Shown: positions 53,503 through 63,253, counted from the stretch's first letter. The stretch is DNA of 64,000 bases from Oscillospiraceae bacterium (GCA_015065085.1 SVQW01000007.1:991-64990), one strand, 5' to 3'. Notes: generated from the sequence alone by a model not told the origin. A program made the numbers and translations.

Positions 53503-54765
53503 ATGAAAAAGTTTTTGGTATTAATGTTAGCAGCACTTATGTGTATTTTCCTTGCCGCTTGCGGTGGCGATAAAACTCCCACACAGAATCCGGAGAATAA
53601 TAACACGGAAGTAAATACACCCGAAACACCCGATGAACCGGAAGTCCCCGCAGAAAAGAGCTTTGAAGAATTAAAGGCTGAATTTATGTCAAAAACAGCA
53701 GAAGACCTTGTAAAGGAATATTTTGCAGATGCGGCAAATCCCACAGCACAGGAATTTGCAAAGCTTTATGAAAATTATGCATTCCTTGATACAAAGGATG
53801 ACTATGAATTTGACAACGATAATACTATCGTCGCAGCTGTAAAGCTTATAAAGGACAGCGGTGCAAATACTGTAAATGCAGCTAATCAGGAAGTAATAAG
53901 CTATCTTATCGGCAGTAAGTATGACCTTGCAAGAGCTTATGCTTACAGACAGCAGTCTACCAACAATATTAGCTCGGATGCCGAAATCTATGCACCTCTT
54001 CTCGAAAAGGCTCTTTCCGAAACAGAACCCAAGGTGGTTTATGCAGTGCTTAAGGGACTTCCTCAGTCCTACGGTAACAATGATGAATTCTGGGCATTTG
54101 CACTTCCTTTCGCAAAGAGCGAAGATGCAAACCTAAGAAGAGCAGTTACCACTGCATTTGACAGATTTGATATTGAAAGTAAGGATGCGGCACTTGAAGC
54201 AGCGATCGCACTTATGAACGATGCGGATGATACAGTAAAGGGAAGTGCTTTAAGATACGCAGGAGAGATCGGCGACGACAGACTTGTGGAAAACTACAAA
54301 ACGGTTCTTATGGATGAATCTCTTGCAAAGAAGTTCCACGGCAATGCTCTTCTCGGACTTACCGATATCTGGTATGCATATCCTACGCATGATAATACCT
54401 CCGAAGCAGCTTACAAGCTCACAATGGAATATTACACAATGAACACAACAAACCCCGACATTCCTTCATGGAACGGTCTTACAGGCATCAAAATGAAGGG
54501 TTCGCAGGCAAAATATGATGAATGGAGAGCAAGTGCCGACTACTTTGATGAAAGAGAAGTTGTTAATGCAATGCTTGCTATCGTTGCTGACGCAGAGGCT
54601 TCAAAGAATGTAAAGTCAAGTGCCATCGATAACATAGCTTCCTGGGGTACACTTGAGGATGCACAGGCTGCAAAGGCAACAGTTGAAGCATTCCCCGACG
54701 ACAATAAGGACAAAGCAAGCCTTATCACCAAGTGCGACAGCGCAATCACCAAGCTTTCCAAGTAA
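53503..54765 (+). CDS. Lipoprotein with HEAT/armadillo-like helical repeats
   Basis: Lipobox FLAAC. Repeated NLRRAV...DADDTVKGSALRYAGEIGD-type helical repeat segments. Confidence 0.6.
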   Translation: MKKFLVLMLAALMCIFLAACGGDKTPTQNPENNNTEVNTPETPDEPEVPAEKSFEELKAEFMSKTAEDLVKEYFADAANPTAQEFAKLYENYAFLDTKDDYEFDNDNTIVAAVKLIKDSGANTVNAANQEVISYLIGSKYDLARAYAYRQQSTNNISSDAEIYAPLLEKALSETEPKVVYAVLKGLPQSYGNNDEFWAFALPFAKSEDANLRRAVTTAFDRFDIESKDAALEAAIALMNDADDTVKGSALRYAGEIGDDRLVENYKTVLMDESLAKKFHGNALLGLTDIWYAYPTHDNTSEAAYKLTMEYYTMNTTNPDIPSWNGLTGIKMKGSQAKYDEWRASADYFDEREVVNAMLAIVADAEASKNVKSSAIDNIASWGTLEDAQAAKATVEAFPDDNKDKASLITKCDSAITKLSK

Positions 54766-55530
54766 ATGAAAAAAGCGATGAAGATAATAGTTATAGTCGC
54801 CGCAGCTGCCGTAGGTGTTGCAGCGTTATTCGGAGCACTGACTTCCTCAGGCGGTGAAAAATACAGAATGGAATACGACAGTAAGGATCTGTACCGCGGA
54901 GCAAAGGACAGCTACAAGGCAGGGCAAAAGGTAACGCTCCACTTTCCGTACGTTGCAACCGACACAAGCTATAGATTTTACCTCAGCGGAAAGGCAATAG
55001 ATGCGACCTATTCCGATTTCGGCGGATATAAGTTAGAGTTTGTTATGCCTCCGTATGATGCGAAGCTTGAATGTGTGACAAAAAATGACATGGTGTACAC
55101 TCCTCCTGAAGAAGGCATAAAAGAAACACTTCTTTATGAGTATTACCGTGCAACTTCAGCCGTTGCTGACGGTCACCCCGAAACGTATACCATAGCTCTC
55201 TACTATATATCCGAAACAGACGCCGAGGGCAATCAGGAGGACAGAACAGAGCTTCGTGTAACAGAGGTAAAATCCGACGGAACAAAAACAGAAAATGTCT
55301 ATGATGCAAGGCTCTACGGCTCATATGAGTGTGACCTTATTGCCGACGAATATCATATGCACGGCTGGAACACTATGAGAAATACAATCTCCGAGGATGG
55401 CTTGCTCGTTGCAGTAAAATTCAAAACCGGCACAGGATATATCAGAGTATCCAATGAGTGTATGCCCGAAAACGGCAGGGAAGGCATGGGAAAGATCCGT
55501 AAGATTCTCGAAGGTTATATGACAGAATAA
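54766..55530 (+). CDS. N-terminally membrane-anchored hypothetical protein
   Basis: The ATG abuts the previous TAA. It has one N-terminal TM helix (IIVIVAAAAVGVAALFGAL). Confidence 0.55.
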   Translation: MKKAMKIIVIVAAAAVGVAALFGALTSSGGEKYRMEYDSKDLYRGAKDSYKAGQKVTLHFPYVATDTSYRFYLSGKAIDATYSDFGGYKLEFVMPPYDAKLECVTKNDMVYTPPEEGIKETLLYEYYRATSAVADGHPETYTIALYYISETDAEGNQEDRTELRVTEVKSDGTKTENVYDARLYGSYECDLIADEYHMHGWNTMRNTISEDGLLVAVKFKTGTGYIRVSNECMPENGREGMGKIRKILEGYMTE

Positions 55531-55546
55531 TTACATATCCAAACAA

Positions 55547-55576
55547 AAAAGTCCTCGGATTGCTCCGGGGACTTTT
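55547..55576. terminator. Bidirectional terminator between convergent operons
   Basis: AAAA-GTCCTCGGA-TTGC-TCCGGGGAC-TTTT. Confidence 0.75.
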
Positions 55577-55587
55577 GTTATATACAT

Positions 55588-56625
55588 TCAATTTTCCGAT
55601 ACTTCGGTTTCGTTTGAGAGATTGGCATAGTAAAGAAGCTGTTTTCTTGATGAAACACCGAGCTTCTGATAAATATTCTTGTTGTGGAATTTAAGGGTGT
55701 TTTCCTTTATGCCTACAGCTTCTGCCGTTTCCGCAGTGCTTTTTCCCGAAACGTAGAGGTCGAATATTTTTCTCTCGGTTACCGTAAGAAGCGAAATACC
55801 GTCGCAGAAACGCTTATACTCGTCTATCGGCTCTTCGGTTGTTTCTTCTGTTTCTGTATTTGCGGTCGTAGTTTCCGCTGCTTCTGTTTCTTTTACAGCT
55901 TGAGGAACAGGTATCTGTTTCGTTTTGAGCGAAGCCTCCGATTCTGTATTCGCCGTATGCTCCTGTACCTGAAGCATTATGTACAGCATAAGTAAAAACA
56001 GCTCGGTTATTATATAAGTGATGGAAAGAAACTCAAATTCAATGTCAATGATCTGTTCGATTCCCCATACGGCGATGTTGCCGAGTGTAACAGACGCAAG
56101 AAGCGTTGCATGGGAAGCCGAGGTTATTCTTCTCTTGATCATTGCATATATGATAATTCCTATCATTATTGCAAAATACAAAAGCAGATACAGCGCATAG
56201 ACTCTGTGAAGCGGACCGTATTCCTTGACAAGCGTTGTAAGACCGTCGGTTATGTCTATTGTTACCGATTTGTAATAGCAATTAAGGTAGCCCGGTGTTG
56301 CCGCAATAAGAAAGACGATGCAGGTTATGGGTAAAAGGGTTGCCGTTGCAATCTTTCTATATCCTGTCTTGCACACGTTCATTATTGTCATAAGCATACA
56401 TAGCGGCAGAAATGCCGAACCGAGGTATGCTATTCTGTTGGCAAGAAGAGCTTCGCCGAGCGTTTTTGAAATAGACAGACATAAATATCCGCCGTTTATT
56501 ATGAATACCGAAAAATACAGAAGTAACATCCATATTTCCTTTTTCTTCATTGCACAGCAGTATCCTATCGCAATAATAAGCGACAATACGGTGGTTGCCG
56601 CATAAATGATTGATATACTTGACAT
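55588..56625 (-). CDS. Seven-TM membrane sensor fused to a C-terminal LuxR/GerE-type HTH
   Basis: Seven hydrophobic segments, a T/E-rich linker, then the HTH (LTVTERKIFDLYVSGKSTAETAEAVGIKENTLKFHNKNIYQKLGVSSRKQL). The start is the ATG at 56625 after AAAGGTGAAACA. The ORF-track start overlaps the XRE gene. Confidence 0.75.
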   Translation of the reverse strand: MSSISIIYAATTVLSLIIAIGYCCAMKKKEIWMLLLYFSVFIINGGYLCLSISKTLGEALLANRIAYLGSAFLPLCMLMTIMNVCKTGYRKIATATLLPITCIVFLIAATPGYLNCYYKSVTIDITDGLTTLVKEYGPLHRVYALYLLLYFAIMIGIIIYAMIKRRITSASHATLLASVTLGNIAVWGIEQIIDIEFEFLSITYIITELFLLMLYIMLQVQEHTANTESEASLKTKQIPVPQAVKETEAAETTTANTETEETTEEPIDEYKRFCDGISLLTVTERKIFDLYVSGKSTAETAEAVGIKENTLKFHNKNIYQKLGVSSRKQLLYYANLSNETEVSEN

Positions 56626-56635
56626 TGTTTCACCT

Positions 56636-56857
56636 TTAGTTTTCTCCGTTAAGTACCCATTTTTCGTCATAGCCGAATTCAAGGGCAATAAGCTTTGCCA
56701 GGACAGGAGATATTTTTTTGTTGGCATTCTCACGGGAACGCCCATTTGTCGTGAGAATATATATATAGTTTTCGGTAACACCGAGACGGGCTGCAAATTC
56801 ACGCTTTGTGATTTTTTGTTCGCTTATTATTTTGTTCAGTCGGTCGGCAAGTGTCAT
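56636..56857 (-). CDS. XRE-family helix-turn-helix protein (73 aa)
   Basis: HTH region LNKIISEQKITKREFAARLGVTENYIYIL. Its start shares the TAATG junction with the upstream LuxR gene's stop. Confidence 0.75.
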   Translation of the reverse strand: MTLADRLNKIISEQKITKREFAARLGVTENYIYILTTNGRSRENANKKISPVLAKLIALEFGYDEKWVLNGEN

Positions 56858-58473
56858 TATATTTTACCTCCGTTATCCTGAGTATAAAGTGCGGCGTACC
56901 TTAACATTTGCTTTCTTGAGGAAACACCAAGCTTTTCGTAAATGTTGCCATTGTGAAATTTAAGTGTACTTTCCTTAATGCCCGTTATTTCAATAATTTC
57001 TTTAGCTGTTTTCCCTGCAAGATACATTTCAAAAATATTACGTTCAGATTTGGTCAGTGTCTTAATGCCTATGGCAAAATTTTCGTAATCCTCGGGATTT
57101 ATCTCGTTTTTGCGAGAATATGACAATTTTTCAATTTCGCCCTGTACCCTTGCAAGCTCGGTTTCGGCTTTTTCCTTTTCCTCCGAAAGCTCCTCGTAGG
57201 CGATTTCGTATTCCTTGTCCTTATCCGAAAGAAAACCAAAAAGGTCGCTGATTTCCAAAAATCTTGAATCGGATTGGGAATGTTCAAACCTTCTTATTTG
57301 TTCAAGGCCTTCCATTATCGGCTTCATAAAACGTTTGCTTAAGATACGGCATAGCGATATGGCGAAAGAGGAAAGAAGTATTAAGAATACAACAATCTGT
57401 ACAGCATTTGTGGAGACAGCCTTGTCAAAATCCTTTTTCGGCATCATGACAAGAAGCACATTTTTGCCCTCTGTGTCATACTCGGGTGAGCCTGCAAGCC
57501 CTATATATATTTCGTTTTCTGTTTCGAACACCAAAAGTCCGTCATCAGCCTTACTGATTTTTATATTACCTGCAGGAGGAAGAAAATATCCGTCCTCGGT
57601 TCCGCAAATCATCGCATTGTCGGCACTGATGTTGTCTCTTGATGTCAGCCACAGACACATTAGATGCTCAAGAATTGTAGACTGTGCGTGCTTCATTTTG
57701 AAGGCGTGCTCGCTTATCTCAAAGCCGCATACTCCAACAACATTACCGCCGGTTCCGAGAATCGGTACCGTCAGCAAAGTCGCATTTTCGCTTGTTCCGG
57801 GAATAGTTACAATATCTGTGAAATTGTATGCTGCTTCAAGGGGAACATCCGGAGCAATTTTAAGTATCTCTTCGTAATCAGGAAACAACCTCGTATCAAA
57901 TTCAAGCTGCCATTTTCTGTGAGGCATAACCGATGCTTCTTTTCCTATAGCGGCATCACCTCTGAAAAGAAGAAGTGTTTCGTCGGATAAGTTCTGTGAG
58001 CCTCGCTGAACATAAAGACCGGATCTTGAATGTCCATCCTTGTTTGAATTGCTGTTTACGGTAGTATCCAGCATAATGAAAATGCCCGAGCTTTCCGATT
58101 TGAGAATTTCATCTTTTAAAAGATCAAGAAGCAATCTTTGTATATCTGCAATATGCTCGGGAGAGTCATCAAGATCTTCGAAATCCAGTCCATTTGTTCT
58201 CAGATAGTGTGACAGTATTCTTGAGGCTTCTGATGAAAGGTTTGCAGCTCTCATTGCAAGCTCCTCGTGATGTGAGGTGATTTCCTTTTCAAAAACCTCC
58301 ATCTGAAGCTTTAAAGTATTTGCAAAAGTATCAGAGGGCTTTGCAAAGGTTCCGAGCATAATCATTCCAAAGGCGATTACAACGAGTATTACGACAGTCA
58401 GAATCATCATATATACGAACAGACTGTCTCTCATTTTCAGCTTCCCTTTGGAAAGAAACCTGGAAAAACGCAT
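56857..58473 (-). CDS. Membrane-tethered one-component regulator: TM, extracytoplasmic sensor domain of about 310 aa, TM, coiled coil, LuxR/GerE HTH
   Basis: Two TM segments (about residues 20-42 and 355-377). The C-terminal HTH is LTKSERNIFEMYLAGKTAKEIIEITGIKESTLKFHNGNIYEKLGVSSRKQM. RBS GGAGGAG. Confidence 0.75.
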   Translation of the reverse strand: MRFSRFLSKGKLKMRDSLFVYMMILTVVILVVIAFGMIMLGTFAKPSDTFANTLKLQMEVFEKEITSHHEELAMRAANLSSEASRILSHYLRTNGLDFEDLDDSPEHIADIQRLLLDLLKDEILKSESSGIFIMLDTTVNSNSNKDGHSRSGLYVQRGSQNLSDETLLLFRGDAAIGKEASVMPHRKWQLEFDTRLFPDYEEILKIAPDVPLEAAYNFTDIVTIPGTSENATLLTVPILGTGGNVVGVCGFEISEHAFKMKHAQSTILEHLMCLWLTSRDNISADNAMICGTEDGYFLPPAGNIKISKADDGLLVFETENEIYIGLAGSPEYDTEGKNVLLVMMPKKDFDKAVSTNAVQIVVFLILLSSFAISLCRILSKRFMKPIMEGLEQIRRFEHSQSDSRFLEISDLFGFLSDKDKEYEIAYEELSEEKEKAETELARVQGEIEKLSYSRKNEINPEDYENFAIGIKTLTKSERNIFEMYLAGKTAKEIIEITGIKESTLKFHNGNIYEKLGVSSRKQMLRYAALYTQDNGGKI

Positions 58474-58499
58474 ATTCTCCTCCGTTTAATCTACCGAAT

Positions 58500-59813
58500 T
58501 TAATTTACCGAAGTAAACATTTTCCATATCGCTTCGGCAAGGGCTTCGGAATTTTCATATAAATCGGGATTACGCTGTCCGATACGGACATCACCGTAAA
58601 AATCATACACCTTAGTGTAATAATCGGGGAAATTGGGCTCGGTTACCGCAGTGCAATTCTCTGCTGTATGTCCGAGTGCTTCATAAAGACTTTTGTATCC
58701 CTCATCCTTGAATTCGTAAGCTTTAATCTTATTAAAGGCGTCCTTTTTTATCGGCATATATCCTGTTTCCGAAACGAAAGCGAGATTTCTGTCGCTCTCT
58801 GTGAGCCATTTCACAAAAACTGATGCAGCTTCAGCCTTTTGAGTGGTGGTTTTGCAGCAAGCAAGTCCTACACCTGCCTGGGTAACAAGATTCTTGCCGT
58901 TTCCTGCCTGCGGAAGAGGAAGTACCTTAAGATTCATAGGCTCGTTTGTATTGTCGGGGTATGTGATTGTATCATTATAGTAAAGAATTGAAGCGCTTGA
59001 GCCGATACCGCAGGCAACCTCGCCCGTCATGACCTGGGTGTTTGAATAAAGATCGGATACCATAATGTGTCCCTTGGATATGGATGAAGCAAACTTCATA
59101 AAGCAGTCCTTAAAGGTTTCATTTGAGTAGTCGTACCAGCCGTCCTTATAAAAATCGTCAGCGCCTTGCGACATTGCGTAAAGCTCGATACAGCGCAAAG
59201 GATAGTCTACCGCACAAAAAGCCTTGCCGCCCGACCATTCATGATATTTTTCCGCCGCTTCAAAGAAGCCGTCCCATGTGGAAAGAGTTTCGTATGTAAC
59301 ACCGGTGTCAGCAGAAAAACGCCCGAATACACCGTCTGCCATAAAGAGAAGATGTGTGGATTTTGATACCGGGAATACCGCAAGGCTGTCGTCAACCATT
59401 CCGTCCGCCAGAAACTCCGGTACGATCTGTGAAAGCTCTTCCTGCGTGAACCGCTCGTTCCAGTTTACAAGGTTATCCTTGCCGAGAGCCTCTGCGTTGT
59501 TATTGTGACAGAAGAACAAATCGGGCATTTCCGGAGCACCGGGATGACCGGTCTGTGCATCAAGTAATTCCGGTCCTACTTCGGATGCGTTTGTCATAGA
59601 AGTAACATTTATGATTATTCCTTTTTCGCGACCTACTGTCTGATTGAACTCATTTACAAGCAGGTTCATTGGTGAGCTTGCCTGCTCGCCGTATACATGC
59701 CACAAGGTAAGAGTTACAGGATCATTAGGTGACAGCTCTGACTTTTCACCGCAACCTGTTATGCATCCGAGCATTGTCAAAGAAAGCATTAAAACTGCAA
59801 GTATTTTCTTCAT
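58500..59813 (-). CDS. Family-1 extracellular solute-binding lipoprotein (sugar-type ABC SBP) with no adjacent permease or ATPase genes
   Basis: Lipobox LGCITGC and an SBP_bac_1-like sequence throughout. The start is the ATG at 59813 after GAAGGAGGAAAA. The ORF-track GTG at 59840 lies in the shared promoter module. Confidence 0.8.
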   Translation of the reverse strand: MKKILAVLMLSLTMLGCITGCGEKSELSPNDPVTLTLWHVYGEQASSPMNLLVNEFNQTVGREKGIIINVTSMTNASEVGPELLDAQTGHPGAPEMPDLFFCHNNNAEALGKDNLVNWNERFTQEELSQIVPEFLADGMVDDSLAVFPVSKSTHLLFMADGVFGRFSADTGVTYETLSTWDGFFEAAEKYHEWSGGKAFCAVDYPLRCIELYAMSQGADDFYKDGWYDYSNETFKDCFMKFASSISKGHIMVSDLYSNTQVMTGEVACGIGSSASILYYNDTITYPDNTNEPMNLKVLPLPQAGNGKNLVTQAGVGLACCKTTTQKAEAASVFVKWLTESDRNLAFVSETGYMPIKKDAFNKIKAYEFKDEGYKSLYEALGHTAENCTAVTEPNFPDYYTKVYDFYGDVRIGQRNPDLYENSEALAEAIWKMFTSVN

Positions 59814-59833
59814 TTTTCCTCCTTCGGGCAGTG

Positions 59834-59953
59834 TAGCCACCCATTTCCCATACTTTTTCCCATACCTTTTTTCAAAAAAACAAAATTATTTTTATATTTT
59901 CCTAAACTTTCTGGTGTTTAGTCGGGGGACAAATCCGAGAAAATATATATAAT
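59834..59953 (+). promoter_or_regulatory. Promoter module copy 2, upstream of the SLH-protein operon and abutting the divergent SBP gene
   Basis: The same 36-nt block is identical to 47970-48005. It also has TTTTCCTAAACTTT and GTGTTTAGTCGGGGGACAAAT. GGGACA (59926-59931), a 16-nt spacer, then TATAAT (59948-59953). The internal spacings equal those of copy 1. Confidence 0.6.
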
Positions 59954-60182
59954 TACAATTGAAAGAATGCATAAGGGAGGGAACACATCTTGATTTCAGA
60001 TAGTAAGAGCCGAGAGGGGCTTGCATGATATGTAATATCATACAAAGGAATATCACTTTGGCGCTTCTGCTATTTCTTAGTATTATATCACATTATTTTG
60101 ATTTAGTCAAGACAAGCGCTACGCAAACATTTGTAAAACTTTTTTGTGAAAAAGATAAAATAAACGAAAAGGAGATTTCATT

Positions 60183-63100
60183 ATGAAAAAAACAAGCAAA
60201 ATACTTGCGGTTATTATCGCAGTAATTTCAATCACCTGCCTTATGGCGATATCGGCAAGTGCGGCGATTAGCTGTTCATCCTATTATGTTTTTATGAATG
60301 AAACCGAAAACTATAAGGTCGGACAGATTGCCAATATTCCGGCATCGCGTTACACGGCAGATCTTGCATCAAGCGATTATGGCGTACAGAATACTTACAC
60401 ATATTCTTTTAGCGATTCGTCAATGGTTAAAGTAAGTGGTGAAAAGGTTACCTTTGTAAAAGAAGGCACGCTGACTCTTACTATCAAGCACAACCAAAAG
60501 TTTGAAAGAACCGGCAAAACTTCATCACATACCGATACAATAAAAATAAATGTATCAACGGAGCCTATTCAGACAACCAACATCAAGCTTGATTCCGGTG
60601 CGTTCTCAGGCGGCAAGGAATTTCCTGCATTTACAGTTGTAAATGTTGAAAACTGCTATGTTGAGGAAGCAACCTTCTACAAGGAAATGGCTGACTACTA
60701 CGTTGGCGACAAGCTTCCCAGCTATCGTGCAGGAACAACTATTGATTTAGTCCGTATCACGCTTAAGCCAAAGGAAGGATATTTCTTCGGTTGGGGCGGT
60801 ACAAACGACGGCAAGAGCTATGAAAGCAATGTTTACACGATTGAGTATAAGGGCAAAAAGTATAAACCCTATGTAGTACACGATCAATCAAAGAGTGAAA
60901 TGGAAGTATATGTCTCGGTTACCTTCGAAGAAGGTGAAATCTACGCAACAACCTTCAAGGACCTTGACGCACCTTATCACTGCGGTCCGCTCGACAAGAC
61001 CGTTACGACAAATAGCGATGTTGAGCTCGTAAGCGTAAAATATACAATGTTCAACAAAGAGCTTACAGAGTTTAAAAAAGGTGACACGGTTGGAATTACC
61101 GTAAGAGTAAAGTCTAAGGATCCGAAAAACACCTTTAATGCAAACGGCTACGCATACTGGATGGAACAGAAGATGAACAGCGTAAACACAAAGCTCATCA
61201 GTTCCACAGAAGCGGAATACACCTTCACATACAAGGTTGACGCGATTGACAGTCAAACAATCAAATGGGCTGATTTCACAATGCCCGGCGTATTTGCAGG
61301 CGAACCTCTTCCGACAAACGCGTTTTCCGCAACAGACGGTATCGTAGTAAAATCAGTTACATGGACACCGAATGATGCAAAAGCCGATGCAAACAAGGAA
61401 TATACAGTAAAAATTGAGTTTGGCAAGAAAGATGAATTCGTATATGCCGATGATTTTGCAGAACAGGGCGTTGTAAGCATAAACGGAGAAAGAGCAAAAT
61501 TTGTGAATGAAACATCATCTGGCGGCGGCGTAAAAGGAAAGTTTGAAACAAAAAAGTATTATGCAGAAGCAACTTTCAAGCCTACGGTTGTGGTAAACGC
61601 AGGAACAACAGGCACGACAACCGAAACCGTAACCGGAACTGTAAACGGTACGTATGTATCCGGAACAGTCGTATCCGGTACAACAACCCCCGAATTCAGA
61701 ATCGACATAACTTACAATAACAAAGAGGTCACAGCCGAAAAGGGCGAAAAGGTGATCCTTGACTTCACACACAATATGGATCTTATGCTTTGCAGCAACA
61801 TCAATTATCAGTGGTACAAGGCAGAGGGACCCGTTTACGGCACAGGCGAAATGGTTGAGGGCGGTCACGAGAAGCAGCTTGAAGCTCACACCTACGAGGT
61901 GGGCACAGATTACTATTACTGCATTATGACCTGCAAATTTGATGATTCAGAGTACACCTCCGATTTCTCGGAGTCTCCCATTGTAAAGGTAACCGTAACC
62001 GAAAGTACGGCAAAGGACTTCAAGGTATTTCCCGTGGGCGAAACGGAAATTGTAACAAAGGACGGCGACTTCACTCTCAAGCTCGGCGTTGAAGGACAGG
62101 GTAAGCAGGATGTAACTTATGTATGGCGTCCCTGCAACGAAGACGGAAGCTTTGATGCAGAGGATTACAAATATTACGTGATAGGCGAAACCGATACTCT
62201 TAACTATTACATAAATGTCAACGAGGTAAACGTTCCCCACTACTTCCTCGGTGCGGCAAGCATCTACGGCGGCGACGGCAGCGTAATATTCAAGGTTACC
62301 TACGTTCCCGAATATGAAGAAGACGATGAAGAATATCCCGAAGAAAAGTTTAACCTTGTTGCAGACGGCAAACAGGAAATCATAATTTACTCATGGGAAG
62401 AAAAGGTTACGCTTAAGGCAAAGGTAACAGGAACAGAGAAGCTCGCAGACTTCCAGTGGTTCAGATGCGACAAGGAAGGAAAAACAATCGGAGCACCGTT
62501 AAGCATGGGTGATAGCGTCACAGTAGGTCCTATCCCCAAGGAAGATATGATGACACCCTATTATTACAGATGTACTGCAATGATAGGTAATACGGCAAAG
62601 TCTATTATCTTTGAAGTGCTCCTTGCTCCCAAAGGTGTTGAAGAAGAATATGTATTCCCGTTCACAGATGTAAAGGAGACAGATTGGTTCTACGATGCAG
62701 TTGCAGGTGCAAACCAGATGGGACTTATTAACGGTAAGTCTGCTACAATATATGCACCCGAGGATAATATGACATACGCCGAAGCAGTAAAGCTTGCAGT
62801 GTGTATGAACATTCTTTACAACGGAGGAAATCCTGCAGAAGATATAAAGAACGGTACAGATGTATGGTTCAGCACATATATGACGTATGCACTCGACAAC
62901 GGCATCATCGATGAGGACCTTACACCTAAGGCAGACGAAAATATAACGAGAAAAGAATACGCTTATATTTTCTCAAAGGCACTTCCCGCAGAAGCGTTTG
63001 CGGAAAAGAACGAGATTCCTTCAGGCTCTATCCCCGATGTAAAAGAAGAAAAGCTTGCGCAGGATAAGGCAATTTACACCTTTTACAGAGCAGGTATCCT

Positions 63101-63230
63101 TGCAGGCGTTGATGTAAAAGGAACGTTCAAGCCTTCCGACAACATTAAGAGAAGCGAGGTTGCCGCAATTCTTATTCGTATGATGGATCCAAGTGCAAGA
63201 GTTTCAGCTCCCAAGGAGCTTGGCAAATAA
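60183..63230 (+). CDS. Large secreted cell-surface protein with Ig-like repeats and three C-terminal SLH domains
   Basis: Signal peptide, repetitive beta-rich body and a T/G/V-rich linker. The C-terminal SLH-like segments are FTDVKETDWFYDAVAGANQMGLINGKS..., ITRKEYAYIFSKAL... and FKPSDNIKRSEVAAILIRM. Confidence 0.8.
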   Translation: MKKTSKILAVIIAVISITCLMAISASAAISCSSYYVFMNETENYKVGQIANIPASRYTADLASSDYGVQNTYTYSFSDSSMVKVSGEKVTFVKEGTLTLTIKHNQKFERTGKTSSHTDTIKINVSTEPIQTTNIKLDSGAFSGGKEFPAFTVVNVENCYVEEATFYKEMADYYVGDKLPSYRAGTTIDLVRITLKPKEGYFFGWGGTNDGKSYESNVYTIEYKGKKYKPYVVHDQSKSEMEVYVSVTFEEGEIYATTFKDLDAPYHCGPLDKTVTTNSDVELVSVKYTMFNKELTEFKKGDTVGITVRVKSKDPKNTFNANGYAYWMEQKMNSVNTKLISSTEAEYTFTYKVDAIDSQTIKWADFTMPGVFAGEPLPTNAFSATDGIVVKSVTWTPNDAKADANKEYTVKIEFGKKDEFVYADDFAEQGVVSINGERAKFVNETSSGGGVKGKFETKKYYAEATFKPTVVVNAGTTGTTTETVTGTVNGTYVSGTVVSGTTTPEFRIDITYNNKEVTAEKGEKVILDFTHNMDLMLCSNINYQWYKAEGPVYGTGEMVEGGHEKQLEAHTYEVGTDYYYCIMTCKFDDSEYTSDFSESPIVKVTVTESTAKDFKVFPVGETEIVTKDGDFTLKLGVEGQGKQDVTYVWRPCNEDGSFDAEDYKYYVIGETDTLNYYINVNEVNVPHYFLGAASIYGGDGSVIFKVTYVPEYEEDDEEYPEEKFNLVADGKQEIIIYSWEEKVTLKAKVTGTEKLADFQWFRCDKEGKTIGAPLSMGDSVTVGPIPKEDMMTPYYYRCTAMIGNTAKSIIFEVLLAPKGVEEEYVFPFTDVKETDWFYDAVAGANQMGLINGKSATIYAPEDNMTYAEAVKLAVCMNILYNGGNPAEDIKNGTDVWFSTYMTYALDNGIIDEDLTPKADENITRKEYAYIFSKALPAEAFAEKNEIPSGSIPDVKEEKLAQDKAIYTFYRAGILAGVDVKGTFKPSDNIKRSEVAAILIRMMDPSARVSAPKELGK

Positions 63231-63253
63231 ATCTGTTTAAGGAGGAAAAATTT

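Noticed and set aside
47970-59869. I asked whether the two identical 36-nt blocks are the ends of a composite transposon or a duplication flanking 48-59.8 kb.
   Set aside because: They are direct, not inverted, repeats. No transposase lies between them. Each is followed at identical spacing by a -35/-10 pair and an operon. A shared regulatory module explains them better. A past duplication of the promoter remains possible.
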